This document shows positions 46,108 to 63,020 of a DNA stretch of 64,000 nucleotides, piece after piece (within the stretch, counting starts at the first letter, position 1; the number at the start of each line of letters is the position of its first letter). Made by a program: the position numbers and the translations under genes. Where the stretch lies: assembly GCF_009914755.1 (NCBI RefSeq), contig NC_060926.1. One strand, given 5' to 3'. The DNA is from the human T2T-CHM13v2.0 reference genome, Homo sapiens. Under the pieces are notes generated by a model. The model worked only from the letters and a program-made list of their open reading frames with translations, was not told where the DNA came from and made no database searches.

Positions 46108-46583
46108 AAGCAGAAAGCAAAGTAATAAAATCACAAATGTTTGGAAAACACAAAAGTAACTTGTTTATCTCAGTCTGTACAAAAACAGTAAGGAGGCAGA
46201 AAGCCAAGCACTGCATTTTTAGGCCAATCACATTTACATGACCGTAATTTCTTATCAATTCTACTTTTATTTTTGCTTACAGAAAAACGGGGGGAGAATT
46301 AAGCCAAAGAAGTATATTTATGAATCAGCAAATGTGGTGCCTGATTATAGAAATTTGTGATCCTATATACAATATAGGACTTTTAAAGTTGTGACATTCT
46401 GGCTTTTTCTTTTAATGAATACTTTTTAGTTTGTATTTGACTTTATTTCCTTTATTCAAATCATTTTTAAAAACTTACATTTTGAACAAACACTCTTAAC
46501 TCCTAATTGTTCTTTGACACGTAGTAATTCTGTGACATACTTTTTTTTTCTTATAGCAATACACTGTAATATCAGAAATGGTT

Positions 46584-46803
46584 GGCCTGAGCAACCTAGT
46601 AAGACCTCGTCTCTACTAATAATTAAAAAACTAGCTGGCATGGTAGCACACACCTGTAGTCCCAGATACTTGGGAGGCCAAGGCAGGAGGATTGCTTGAG
46701 ACCTAGCAATCAGTCAGGGCTGCAGTGAGCCATGATGGCACCACTGCACTCTAGCCTGGGCAAGAGAACAAGATCCTGTCTCAAAAAACAAAAAAAAAGA
46801 AAG
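46584..46803 (+). mobile_element. 5'-truncated AluJ in the beta 3' UTR
   Basis: End of left arm, right arm and A tail. Confidence 0.88.
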
Positions 46804-47784
46804 AATTGATAGTACAAAATCCAACAACAATACTGAGATGATCTAAGAAGGTTATAACAAAATGCTCTTCAGAAATACCTAAGTGCTGAGAATTTTTAGT
46901 ACTAAAGAGCACAGCTGCTCAAAGTAAAGCCTGAGCAGTGTTCTCAGTAATGTATTTGAAGGAAAAATACCCTGATTTGAAACCAACAGCAGATGTTGCA
47001 AACTTTCATACCACTGCTGGCCATGGAAGCCTCTTAACAACACACTGTCATTTAAGGCTGTGCTTGTGCTTTATACAAAGAGAAAGAGGTGGTCTTAAGG
47101 GGATGCTTCCAGGGGGGTGAGTTCATGCCTCTCCTGTATTTTCCAGCAAGTGGGGTATGTGTGGTGGTTTGTTTTTTAGAGGGGCATAATAATCCAGGAT
47201 TCTAAGCATATGCTCAGCTATTTTAAAGAGGAAATTAAATATTATAAAAGAAATAGTAAAGATAAGTTATCCTCACTTAGGCAAAAGCACAGGTCCTTTC
47301 CATATCAAGTTTAGCCTACCAGGGTTGTTTTTTGTTTTAACCCTGCTTAATAATGTTGGTGTTTTAGAAGTAGATACAGGCACTGCTCTGAAAACCTGGC
47401 TAGCCAAGGATATTCTCAGAATGTTATCACCTGTTTGTCAAAGCTTGTTTAAATTATAAAACACTTTTAATTATATATATGAGGCAAAAGAACTAAGACT
47501 TTTTTCAAACTAAATTAGAAAGGAGTGTCATTATTTGACTGTTAAACCAAAATATTTTTGGTGGGTCTTTTTATGGAAGTTTAAAGAAAGGACATCCTCA
47601 TAGATATGATCTAACAGTATTTCTAACTATATTTGATCATTAAAAGCCTCTTGGAATTTGAAGCGTGACGTGTTTCTAATGCCCCTTGAGAGGTGAAAAA
47701 TACCACATAATGATCAGTATGCTGTGCCAGCTTCATTTGGGGAGAAATAACTAGTAGAAAGTTCTGGGTGTGAGGTGTACAGCA

Positions 47785-48028
47785 GTCTAGGTGGCATAGT
47801 GATGAAGAAAGGGATCAGAGTCTGACTGTCACTCAGAATCCTGGGCTCAGTTGCTTGACAACCTTGGGAAAATTGTTTTATCTTTGTGCGTCTGTTTGCT
47901 GATCTTCAGCGTGGGAATAATAACAGTACCTACTTGAAAGGATCATTGTGCGGATTAAAAGAAATAATATATGTAAAGCACTTTAACACAGCACCAGGCC
48001 CACGGAAAGTGGCTAATGTTAGCTACTA
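47785..48028 (+). mobile_element. MIR in the beta 3' UTR
   Basis: GAATCCTGGGCTC...ACCTTGGGAAAATT...GGAATAATAACAGTACCTAC...ATGTAAAGCACTTTAACACAG. Confidence 0.8.
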
Positions 48029-48544
48029 TGAATGGTGCCAGTGAAGACACTGAAAAATAAGTGATTTCAGTAACCTTCTGGAAAGCTATCAGTTTCAAAT
48101 AATATTTTCTCTGTAGTATGAGATGAAATTAAAAGTGGATAGCTTTCAGGAAAGATAAAGAGAACATGCTTAGAATGTAAGCTAAACAGATTTTTTCTGT
48201 TGCTCTTTGAAAACTATGAGCCCTGGCCAGCTTAACCTGGTCTGAGGTGAGACTAAACACAAAAACAGTAGATAAATCTCTCCCTAAAAGATGGATTCCC
48301 CCACATACCCATGCTACTAGTTTCTCTGTCTATTCACACATATGTACAAATACATGAACACAGCCTGTCTGTGCTCAGACATAGAGAAGTACTACCTGAC
48401 TTGAGTCAATGCACCCAAGAAGAAAAGCTTGGAGTAGAGCAGAAGGGAGGGCTTGGGACTCCTGTCTTTCCAGCATGCCCTGGGGTGCAGTGGTCAGCCA
48501 CCTGAAGAGAGAGCCAATAGCATGGGGTTTACAAGGCAAAGATA

Positions 48545-48830
48545 GTCATTCATTCAACACATATTCATAGAGCTCCTTCTCTGTGCCAGACACTGTTCTG
48601 GAAGATAGCTAGATGAAAATCTTTGCACTCACAGAGCTTACATGCCAGTGAGTGAAGATCGATGATAAATAAAGCAAATGCATCATATGTTCACATTTGA
48701 TAAGTATATGCCAAAAAATGAAGCCGGGAAGGAGGACAAGGCCCATGGGTGGGTGTTGAGGTTTTTAAAGTGTGGTCAGGAAAGGCCCCACTGATAAGGT
48801 AACATTTGAGCAAGTCTGAAAAAGGCAAGG
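48545..48830 (-). mobile_element. LINE-2 remnant
   Basis: TCATTCATTCAACACATATT...CTCTGTGCCAGACACTGTTCTG. Confidence 0.75.
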
Positions 48831-49717
48831 GGATCTTTGGGGCTAACTTCGGGATCCCTGCACTTTATGTAAGAATGTAAACCTGGAGTCTCATTTAAGA
48901 ATGATCAGCAATACGTTTAGAACATATGAACTGAATGAAATGGACATTTTTTCTTAATTTACGTATAAATCCATATGATTATACATAAAGTTCTGATGCA
49001 TTAATAAAAGCAGCCAAATAGGGCCAAAGAGAAAAATAACAGGACTCTGTACTGGACCTAACTTTATCATTAATTAGGTAATATTTTCCTCATTTCTTTA
49101 CTGCTGCCATTTTCCTCACCAGTATTCCAGAGATGGTCATAGCTCATTACTCTACCACCAAGAACCTAAAAGGAATTAGAATACAGCAGAATTGGCCTCA
49201 GTGAAGAGCTTAAAATTGTTCTCCTCGTAGAACTGGACTATTGATCATTACCACGTGACGTTGGCTCTATTACTTTCTGTTCCCAATGTCCTTCTAGTGG
49301 TTTGAAAATGTTAAAACATCCCTAAAATCTAAATCATATAATCAGAATTCTATAGTGTCCCACTCTATCTGTAAAGATCATTTGGAAGACTTTAGACTCT
49401 ATTAATTTTAAAAGGAATATTTATTAGCCATATGCAGAATTTCTAATGATGATATTGTACAGCTTCTAATTCACTTTTCAGATCAGTGTTTGAAATGGCA
49501 ATTATCAGTGTTGGATTTAGTTCCAACTACTTGATTTACAAAAATGTACATTTAGAGAAGGTTAAAAGAAACAGTGAGAAATGTAAACATTCAAAATGAT
49601 AATTGAATCTCTCAGTTGTGGGAATAATTATCAGAGACATGCAACTGAAAATGTCTCACCTTTCATCTTTTTTTCTTAATTCATAAAGTTATCTTGTAGA
49701 ATTTGATGAGACCCTCC

Positions 49718-50200
<483 letters not shown>

Positions 50201-51707
50201 AACCCGGTAGCATTGTCCCTTCCCCACTGACAAACTTATCAAATCCAGAAGCTTTAGAGTTTCGTCTCTAATTATTTTTCTCCTGAACAAAATTACCCAA
50301 GTCAAAACAAAATGTATTTTTAGAATTACGGCAGCATACGACCTGAATTTTGTGAGTTTCGTGGCTTTATCTTAAATCACCATTTCCCTAAAAACGGTTT
50401 CTTTCTCCTTAGAAATGCTGGTGGCAACTTGATGAAACAGCCAAATGCACCAGGGCAGGTCACTTTCCCATTACACTGATTCCACAATTAAAAAAAAAAA
50501 AAGAAAAAAAACTCATTGAGATAGCTACAGTTCTATAGGTTAATTTAAAGCCTCCTTTTTCTACTCATTTTTGAAAGCAAAATTACATTTTACTATTTTA
50601 CATAACCAGTGAAAAGACGTTGAAAGCCTACAGCTCACTGTTTTTGGTGCTCTGGAAATGTTGAGGGTGGGTTTTTAACCAGTGATTTTTAACGTGCAGT
50701 GAATTTGTTAGACTTTTAAACACCAGCTAAGGTAGTCAAACTTGATCCCCATTAAAAATCAAGGAATTAGGGGTCGGGGGAGGGTTTAGGAGTGATCCAG
50801 AATGACCTCCCAGAATTACTGTGCGTACAACTTTATTTTTCAGAGTTTTCATTGGAATGGTAAGAGTTTTATGAAAGACAGTTTTAAAACTTATTCTGAG
50901 TTAAATATTAATACTTTAAAAAATTATTGTACTAGACTTATCGCAGCCTTTTGAAAGTAGCAGAGTTTCATCATACCACATATATAACAGAGCATAAATT
51001 TTCTATAATCAGGCACCTTTTGCTGCTTTTGAGTAAGACTGTTTTCCTGTTTAAGTGTTAAGCATCGCCAGACATAAAAATCTATTCTCTCCTCTCGATT
51101 GTAGCATAGCCTGACAGCTCTAGATACAGCATTTCTATGATGAAAAATGAGTATCCATCAGGAAATCTAGAAGACTAGCCGTGTTTTCTCAGACTCCACC
51201 TTTGTTTGCACTCTGTTGCCTGTGAGGAGCTTTCTGGCATGTGATTATTTACTTCAAAACTAGAGTTCCAAGCACCTACATTAATTATTTTATATTGTGT
51301 GCAGAATAGTATATCTTTTAATGTCAGATATGATACACTGCACATATTGCTTTTGCACTCTTAAAATTTTTGTACTAAATAATAGAAAATATTTATATTC
51401 TTTGAGTGTGAGCTTTGAATAGATGGCATTATCACTTTATTGTTTTTTTAACAAAAACTTTTTCTCAATTATTCTATTGCAATGTTATTCTGAGCAAGTC
51501 CTATGCCAAATATCTTGTATAATGTTTGTATGGAAGATTAAATTTTACTCTTGTGTGGTAAGACTATTTCAGTTACTGATTTTATAGTTGGAATTTGATA
51601 TTCCAGCACAAAGTCCACAGTGTATTCAGAAATCCAAGTTGGTGTCATACATTTCATTTTGATGTGAACTTTTCTTTGCTTTCCTTTGTTCTAAGACTCC
51701 ATTTTGC

Positions 51708-51755
51708 AATAAACGTTTTGACAGTAAATCCCTTTGTTACGTGTTGCTGTGTATA
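51708..51755 (+). terminator. ZAK-beta polyadenylation signal (AATAAA) with GU-rich downstream element
   Basis: AATAAA 51708-51713, U-rich upstream sequence, TTTGTTACGTGTTGCTGTGT downstream. Confidence 0.72.
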
Positions 51756-54273
51756 TAAGATCCCTGTTAGATTGGATTCCCAACATCCTTTGAAGGAATC
51801 GTTGTCACACGCATGCACACAAGTGTTAGCTTTTCTCTCCTAAAGTCAGTGGGAGTGTAAATAATAAATTTGTAAAGTGATGGGACAGTCATGGGGTGGA
51901 TTTTTTTTTTATTCCCTAAAGAAAGAAAGGCTTAGAACTCATCCTACAGCAGATACACTGATATGTTAACAAGGTACAGAAAACATAAAGGAAATGGTAA
52001 GCCACTCTGTGGCTGGAGATCATTAACTCTTATCCCCCGTCTTGCCAAATTCAAGCTGTCATGAAGCAGTGCCTGGCTCCAGCCTTCCTCTCACTGATCT
52101 TTGCTAGCATTGTGCAAAGAATCCTGCTGGAGTGAGCGTCCAGCTGAAGCCAGTGCCTTTCCCTAGGCATCGTATTGGAGAACCATCCTCAGTGTGCAAC
52201 CAACCCCCTCTCCTTTCAACATTAAAACCAAAGATTCTGGTTGTGATTAGTTATTTCATTTACAACTTCTATTCTATTCAAAAAAATACTTCTTTCTCAA
52301 TTTTGTTTAGTACAACATTTAGGAATTTTATAAAAATAACACTACACATCCCCTCCCCCCAACCCAGTTTCTATAAAGGTGAGCCTTGATGCAGGAAAAT
52401 ATTTCTGTAACTCAGACTGTTGTTTCTTGAACGAACCAAAAAAGTTTCGTATTTCACATTTGCTTCTGTGATGGGAGAAGGGAATGGCATGATTCTGCAG
52501 CTGTGTCCAGCTGCCCTGTGAAGAGACAAAATTGTCACCTATTTTTCTTTGATCCAGTTCAGCTTTAGATTCTGTTCCTCAAATCTTTCTCCTTTCCCCA
52601 TTATTAAAGCAAGTGAATGTGTGTGATGACTCCTACCCACCTCAAGTGTTTCCGAGGAGGCAAGGGCAACCCTGGAGGGAAGGGAAGCACATGCAGGTAG
52701 CAGAGTATACGCAGAACAGGATCGATTTCAGTGTGTACTTTATGTCCTGACAACTTGTCTATAAATACTCAAACCTAAACATTCATATCCATTTCAGCTA
52801 GTGGGTTTTTCCGCTTGCCTTCCCACCCTGTCTGCCTCATTTACCCTTTTTCCTCCAACATGAACTCACTGCCTTCCATTCCCATCCTTCCCTCCTGTCC
52901 CTCCCTCTCCCGCCATGCCAGGTTTTGCCTTGTTGCTTCTCTTTACCCGGAATCACCTCTCTTCTTGCCCTGAAGGACCCAGCTCAAGCCGTGCTGCCCT
53001 CCATTCTCCCATCTTATTTTATGAATCCCTTTGTGAATACATCTGTCTATGGTATACCCATAGACATTGAACTCTATACCAGAGAACTTAGCATTCCAGT
53101 AAATGCACCCTTTAATTTTATTCATTCTTTAAAATGACTCAACAAAAATTTACCAGATACCGTATGCCAGGCACTATGTTAGGCATTAAGTAAACCGAGA
53201 TTCAGGTGACCTTGGAATCCCCCAGGTATAATTTATAACTGTATTAGCCCCAGTTAAATTGAAAGCTCCTTGAAGGCAGGGGCTGTGCCTTTCCTAGCAG
53301 AATTTTGAGCATGTGGGTACAAAATACCTGTAAGTTAGAAAGGTTAACTCACCTACCCTATGATTTTTATACTAACAGTAAAAGCAACCAAACTCAACTT
53401 CTTTTTTTTGAAACTCACTCACAAGAAAATATTTGTAACAGAAGATGAGTGACGATTTGCCATATTATCTCATAAGCAATTCATTTTTGGGGGGCAAGTT
53501 AGGCTAGTTAAAGCTAATAGCTGTACCAAACTCTAATTTGACTTATAGGACACACAGACTTCTAAAAATTATGTAAGCATTTATTATTTAGATGGCCATG
53601 GGGCATATATTGAAGACAGTAAGTAGTTCTTTGGCTCTGAAAATGGTGCAGGCTGAAGTCCTCTGGAGGCATCTTCATTTGTACTTGTGAACCTCACAGG
53701 GAGGTATTTTAATCTGTTTTAGTTAGAGCAACTCTGCAGCCTGGGTTTCTTAGGACCGTACCAATTTCCCATGTCCTTCTTCATCCGTGAGTGCTAACAT
53801 TTGGTTTTTAAAATATTGTGCAAATGAGATCTTTCAACACTTAGAAATTCCCCCTTGAGAACAGGCATAATACATGATCTGGTTACTAAGTGGTTGCTTT
53901 GGAATTTTCATTAATAATCCAACAGTCCTCATGTTGGCTGAGACTCTGAGGAAGACTCTAGGTCTCTGAGAAAATGTCAGAAATTCCTTGACTGCTGAGG
54001 CTTGATTGTGGGATGTAAAAACCAGGTACCAACAAAGGAATATGATACAGCTCCCAAAGTACATGAATTGTTACTGAGAGATTGGTGAACATTACTGGAG
54101 CACTGAGAACTGCCTCTTAAGGTCAGGAAAACTGTTTTCCATTCAACCCAACCTGCAGGAGGAACCAAGCCAGAGCAGCAGCTGAGAGCTGAAAGAGTGA
54201 GACAAGAGGATGAACCAAAAAGACAATGATAATATTACTTTTTTTTTTCATTTCATGCATATTTCCCATGCAG

Positions 54274-54318
54274 CTGCTGCCTTCCTTTGAGATTGGTGCA
54301 TGGACGGAAGACGATGTG
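54274..54318 (+). CDS. MAP3K20: ZAK-alpha exon 12 (LLPSFEIGAWTEDDV; start of SAM domain)
   Basis: cccatgcag| acceptor, GTG|gtaagc donor; 45 nt; phase 0; SAM W-T-x-x-D-V motif. Confidence 0.97.
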
Positions 54319-54442
54319 GTAAGCTCTTTGTATTCATGCCTTATTTGACTTGAGCAGGTATTTCATAAATTTTTCCCTAAGTTTTTAGGGGAAGAGATTG
54401 GGCCTTAGGAAAGTCTAACTAGGAGAGGTTGACAAATTCTTT

Positions 54443-54738
<296 letters not shown>

Positions 54739-55297
54739 TAATGATTGAAAATAAAGCCTCAAGAGTAAAGCAAGTATCTCTGCAAATCTTCTAAGTGGGT
54801 TCTACCTTCCTAAATTACTCTGAAACTATTCCAGAATACAATAACAAATACCCATGAGGAAATTAAAGTGGCAGCTCGGGAAAACAAATGAACATACTTG
54901 AAAAAAAAGTGATATTAAATCTTTTTACAAGAACAGGGATGGCCTCGAGCCATGGTAGAGGAGGATCTGGTCAAGGCAGTGCTGGGCTGGTACACCGCTG
55001 AACCGGCTTTCCTTCCACCTCAGGCCTGTTTGAAAGTGAGGCATCATATTTGCCAGCCTTATTCTGGCCTCCCAAGTGGGAATAGACACAAGCACGCCCA
55101 GACATTCTCTGTAGCTTTAGCCAGAGAAGCCCTATGTTTTTGAGAGGCTGCACTCAGACTGTTGAAGTCCAAAAGAAGTCCTGCACTCTGCATTCTTGAT
55201 AGAAACCCTGAGAAACAATCCAACTTAGTCTGTTACATCACCATATCTATTTTTTTAGTGACAAAACAGGTATGAAAATTCCTGATGTGAAAACTCA

Positions 55298-55625
<328 letters not shown>

Positions 55626-56776
55626 CTATCCAGGTCTATTTAACAAGCTCAGGGTATCACTAAATGAAAATGAAAAAAACAAAAGATGTAATGCCAGCCT
55701 TAGTGGGTTTGGGCTCCAGCCCAGGGAACAGACCAGGTGCCACAAAGTGCAGACTAGCTACTGGAAACTCCTCAAAAGATCTGTTTACCTAGCTCAACCT
55801 GGTTTTGGGCCCAGGCATTTCCCTCTCTGCCCTTTGTATTCTTTTGAAGTGCACCTGCTTTCAACATTAGCTAACCTCTTTGGCTTCCGTAGGGTAAGGA
55901 AACTTGGCACCAGTTGCCACTATTTCTTCCCATTCACTGAGCCCCAGTGAGTCTCACTTTCCTGCCAGCCTTGCTTAACAAGGAAAGAGGACTCAGGGTC
56001 TCCTTTATTCACAAGCCTGGATATCATCTCTTTATCCCTAGCTGCAGAGTTTCCCCTGTCATTTGAAAAGAAATTTTTGAAAAATCACTGAGTTCTAACA
56101 GCTATTTTTAGTCTTTGCTCTGAGGCTGAGTGGCTTCCAGGCCACTTAAATAAAATTCCAGAGTTGAGGGCTCCCCAGAGAATCACAGGGACTGAGTCTG
56201 GCCTCCCATCCTTCTCTCCTCACCAAGGTACTGTGAGAGGCCACCAGTAAACCCAGACCCTGTGATATACAGGGACTAAGGGTCACTGGGTCCAATCTCC
56301 TCATTCTACATAGGAAGCTCCACACTTTGACTTGGCTGGGGCCACGTGGCTACTTCATGACCTGGCCTAGAACAAAAGATTCCTTCTGTCTGTTGCTCTG
56401 TCCACTGCTGTGTGGTCCCTGGAACTCATACAATTCCTGAGTAAACTGGTGCCCCTCAGCAATCCAGGGGACCACTGGCACATAAATGGAAAAATCACTA
56501 TAAGTAAGAACCCTCTTGAAAGGATTTAAAAATATCTCCCAAAGAAGGAGGAAAACCAAGGGGCTTTTAACTGTCCAAGACCCCCGAAGAGAGGGATATC
56601 TCCCATTTGAAAGCTTGAGGTTTTAAAACTACAAAGAGAAAGTCTTCTATTTTACCTTTGTGGTTGAGCCAGGAATTAAAGTTATTTTGATCTATTGAAA
56701 ACTCTATGTTTACTGTGAAGACTGGCCACTGACCATGTGTGAATCTTCAAAACCGTATGTGTCCTCTCTTTCACAG

Positions 56777-56807
56777 TATTGTTGGGTTCAGCAGCTCGTC
56801 AGAAAAG
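56777..56807 (+). CDS. MAP3K20: ZAK-alpha exon 13 (31 nt, YCWVQQLVRKG) with a GC donor
   Basis: tttcacag| acceptor; AAG|gcaagt donor; frame continuity with exon 14 (G+GT=Gly) requires this junction. Confidence 0.95.
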
Positions 56808-56891
56808 GCAAGTGGAATAAGTTACCTTCTTCAATCATGGAGTTAACTTTGTTTTGGATGTGATTTCATCTAATTTTATTCTGCTTTCTAA

Positions 56892-57407
<516 letters not shown>

Positions 57408-59630
57408 TGAGCACCTACTATGCAGCAGATCACGTGTTAGGGGCTGCAGATGGAAACAGTGCTATGCTGGTCATTACTGTGCTGAAATGCTTACACAAGT
57501 TGATAATCAGCAGCTGCCCCCAGGCACCCCTATTCCTTCCTCATAATCCAAACAGCAAAAAGGTGCATACATGGTATAGTAGGACTCACAGGGAGATAAC
57601 CTGAATATCACCCCCCTGCCCTCAGGAAGTCTCTAATCTGGTGGAGAAAACAGATACTGCCTATGCGATAATGGTAAATGACGGCTGTAAGAAATACCAC
57701 AAAGGCAGTGTGGTGCCTGGAAAACAGCCATCCACCCAGAATAGCAGGAGGTGACTCAGTTTAATTCTAGAGAGGACAAAAATCCATCAGGAATCCCTAA
57801 GGACCCCAGAATTTCTGCATGGCCAAAGGGAAACCTAAGCCAATGCAGTAACCTAAAGGCATTTGTAATTTTTGTCATTATGACCTGGAACAGACACCAC
57901 CATGTATGTGTTTTAATCCCCACTTACTCAGGAAGTTCTAACATTTCCCCCAAAACTTAACTGTTAAGTAGTTTCAAAGCTAAACCTCTGTGTTCATTGT
58001 GGTGGTCGTGGTCATGGTTGTTTTTTGTTTGTTTTTGTTTTTTCAATTTAGCAACTTAAACTGAGTAAGAATTGCTGGCATCTGTGTGGTCATTGTGACT
58101 AATCTTGTTTCAAGAGAGATCTTAGAATAAAATCAGGTTTGCTCCCCAAACCCACCCCCCATTCCAGTGTGGGTAGATGGACGAGTGTGTATAGGTTAGA
58201 AAGAAGAGAAACAGAATAAAGGAGAAAATTCAGAAAAGGCAGCCTCCTGTCCAAATCCACACCTTCACAAAGGCTCTACCAACACGCCAGCTAGTCCCTA
58301 CCTCAGAGCTACCCACACTGACCTTTCTAGAGAAATCTCCATTAAGGCCCAAAGAGAGCCCATTCATTTCATTCTGTGGACCCTAGGTCCAGGAAGAAAC
58401 ATCCTTACGGACTCTCAGCACCCTTTGCGTAACAGTAACAGCTTGGCACTCACCCACCAGAGACCACTTCCACAACAGAAAGAGGACCTTGCTGTCTTCT
58501 CCCTCTTAGAAGAAGGGCAGGAGAACTCATGCATAGCGTATTTCCCAAAGGCTGGCAAAGAATGTAATCCCAGCCTCTGGGTGTGGGCAAGTCCATCCTA
58601 AAAGCTATGCTGGCTTAGGTGGGCCACAGTAGGAAAAAGTATTTTCTGCAGTACAGAGATGTTTCAGAGCTCCAAAAAAGAAATTTTGTAAATCTTGTCC
58701 TATTTGGCAGATGCCAAATAAGATGCTCCCACCTCCCCTTCCCACCTGCCATCTTTGAAAAGGCCCAGTATTCCTTAAGGATCAGTTCGGAGGAAGGGTG
58801 GTGAGCTGGGATATCTCACCAGAAGCCCTCAGTGATTTACATCTTTCCAAGGGTGGCCCTGGATAACCTAAGTACCCCTTTCATGCTGAGCGGTATCATT
58901 TAGGCAAGCGAAGTCCAGACTTACTATTTATTGTTCAAAAAATTCAGTGAATGTCTACTAATTGTGAGACTGGGCCTATGAAGATTCAAAGAAACCTGTG
59001 GTTAAGGAATTTACATCTCAGAGAAAAGATTAAACGTGCACACAGCATCCCCTTGGCAACTGGGAGGAAAGGACCAATTCATTACCCGGACTTGGGAGAG
59101 GCCATGGTGGGAGATGGAGAGGGTAAACTTCACAGAGTGGGTGGCCCTTGAGCCGGATCTTGGAGGAATGACAGATTTTGGAATGTAGACCAGGAAAGGA
59201 AAGAACATTAATCTAGACAGAGAGAACAAAGAGTTAAGAGAAATGGAAGAGAATGTGGAGGAACAGAAAAGAGGAGTCCCGACCTACGTAGCATAAGCAG
59301 CTCCGTCTGCAGAACACGGGTGATGAGTAGAACGCATGGCACCTGAAGTGGAAGGAAGGTGGGGCCGGATCCTGGACAGCTTACAACTTCAGGCTGGGGG
59401 GAAAGAGCTGGAATTTGACCAGCTGTCGGGAGTATTGAGAATTGACAGGTTTACACTTTGCTTCTGGAAGTTTTAAAATGTATTAAAAAGGCAAGGCTGG
59501 GTTTTGAAAAAACAGGAGGGTATAAATGTGGAGAATAATAAGCACTGCAGTGTAGCAAAAACGCGAATGGAGAGAAGGGGAAGATGTCACAGGTAAGAGG
59601 GCTGTTCTCAGGCTCAAGAAGGAAAGCACA

Positions 59631-60875
<1,245 letters not shown>

Positions 60876-61603
60876 GGCAGGGACAGGGGACAGGGGTCTA
60901 AGCTTGCAGAGAAGCCAAGGAATATGCAGAGAGAAAAAGCCCTGTTGGAAGCAGCCACTTAAAAGTAAAAAAAAAATTATTTGACCCACTAGAGTGGAGT
61001 CAGTGTAATGTTCTCTTTTTATGACCTCTGCAGAGGGTCTGCCCAGAGCTCCAAATGAAGGAGTAGCCTGCATCTGTTGGGGGACCTAACACTGCCCTCA
61101 AACTCCTGAGTGAGTCTGCACTCAGTCATTCTAAAGACAGTCATTCACAGAGGGGCAGTCTCCAAAGTGTGGAATGCGGACCCCTCCCCCTTACTGCCAA
61201 GGCTGGGGCTGTATGTAAGAATGGCTACCCAGTGGGGGCTCAGCCAACAGGTGACCACTAAACTCAGCCAGAGCATGGGGATTTCCAACAAGTTTATATG
61301 AGAGGGAAAGATAAAGGGAAAGGGTCATGTGCACTTACTCTAGGAGGGCCCTGCATAGACTCTCAATTAAGATAAGTAATGCTCCAAGCTGGGCCTTTGG
61401 GGATGAGTAGCTCCACGCTGGAGGAGTCCTCCTGGTCCTTGTCAGAAGTGTTTCTCACACACAGCCTGATGGTAAGAATGCATCCTTCCTTTATTCTTTG
61501 TGCTTTCACTGAGGAAGGCACAATTGTTGTGTACTTTCTCCAAGAGTCTCTCAGTCCTTAAATGGTAGGTGATCAAACTGGACAGTGGAGCAGTATATCC
61601 ACC

Positions 61604-61911
61604 TTTTTTTTTTTTTTTTTTTTTTTTTTGAGCTGGAGTCTCACTGTGCCGCTCAGGCTGAAGTGCAATGGTGCGATCTTGGCTCACTGCAACCTCCGCC
61701 TCCCGGATTCAAGCGATTCTCCTGCCTCAGCCTCCTGAGTAGCTGGAATTATAGGCGCAGGCTACACCACACCTGGCTAATTTTTGTATTTTTAGTAGAG
61801 ACAGGGCTTCACCATGTTGGTCAGGCTGGTCTCGAACTTCTGACCTCATGATCCGCCCACCTCAGCATCCCAAAGTGCTGAGATTACAGATGTGAGCCAC
61901 CGCACGCGGCC
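61604..61911 (-). mobile_element. AluS (Sc/Sg-like), antisense
   Basis: Poly-T 61604-61629, then reverse Alu. Confidence 0.95.
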
Positions 61912-62480
61912 CCCACCCATTCTTTTCCTTTGTGTTTGTCCCTCCCTTTAAGCCTGACCATGGCTCCCTTCTTCTCTGAGCCTGCAAGCCCTCGTGTGGA
62001 GGAGTAGAGTGTAAGAAGTAGGACTGAACACCCAATAAGTGTTCATTACATTGTCAGCTGTCAACAGTTTTTATTTTGCTTTAAAATAAAATGCATCTAA
62101 TTTTCTCAGGTTGGTACTTTTTTACTCTCTCTGCAATCAGTTCTTAGAAAATCTGAACTGTGCCTGCTGAGTATCCAAAAAATCATCATTTAAATTGTCT
62201 TCCTTTCCTTTCAGATTTGTGTTTCATTGGCAGAGGGGATGTTGGACACATATCCAAAGAAATGTTCTTATAATGCAATCAACCTTTTAGTGAGATTCTA
62301 GCCTTCCTGAAAGTCTGGTGTTATGTGCTGTGCTGCTTTGCTCACTGTTATTCAGAGTGGCACCTGCATTCTGTACAACAGAACATCCACTTCTCAGTAC
62401 TATACTCTGGCGGCGTTTGAAAAATTGTTTTATTTATTGCTTAGTCTGAGGTTCAACATCTTTAAAATGTCTTCTTTCTT

Positions 62481-62746
62481 GGCCTCATCCCTGTAATCCC
62501 AGCACTTTGAGAGGCCAAGGCAGGAGGCCAGGATTTCAAGACCAGCCTGGGCCACAAAGACCCCATCTCTACAAAAAATAAAATAAATTAGCTGGGTGTG
62601 GTGGTGTGTGCCTGAGTCCCAGCCACCTGGGAGGCTGAGATGGAAGAATCTCTTGAGCTCAGGAGTTCAAGGCTGTGGAGAGTTATGATAGCATTACTGC
62701 ACTCCAGCCTGCACGACAGAATGAGACCTGGTCTCCAAAATAAAAA
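62481..62746 (+). mobile_element. Degenerate AluJ
   Basis: CTGTAATCCCAGCACTTTG...CACTCCAGCCTG with internal deletions. Confidence 0.88.
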
Positions 62747-62957
62747 ATTTTTAAAAATTTCTGGTCCTTTAAATAATTACAAACCACCTACACTGCTTTG
62801 GACAATGAGATTTATTCTAAATAGACGTTGGATATAAATGCCCCCAAGATATTTTATGAACTAGGTAAATAAGGAATGTTTTTGTTTGTACCCAATGATT
62901 TTAGTCTTCTCTTGGTATTACTGGATCATTAATAAAGTCATATGATTTTTTTTACAG

Positions 62958-63020
62958 TCAGCCATTGAGAAATTAACCCATGATTACATAAATTTGTTTC
63001 ACTTCCCACCACTAATTAAG
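62958..63020 (+). CDS. MAP3K20: ZAK-alpha exon 15 (SAIEKLTHDYINLFHFPPLIK)
   Basis: tttttacag| acceptor, AAG|gtaagt donor; 63 nt. Confidence 0.97.

Noticed and set aside
46123-46128. AATAAA just after the beta stop codon as the main poly(A) site
   Set aside because: No clear GU/U-rich downstream element; the 51708 signal has better context and fits a long beta mRNA. Minor use cannot be excluded.
46938-47120. 60-aa downstream ORF in the beta 3' UTR
   Set aside because: Starts at GTG, sits at the length threshold and has no supporting features; expected by chance.
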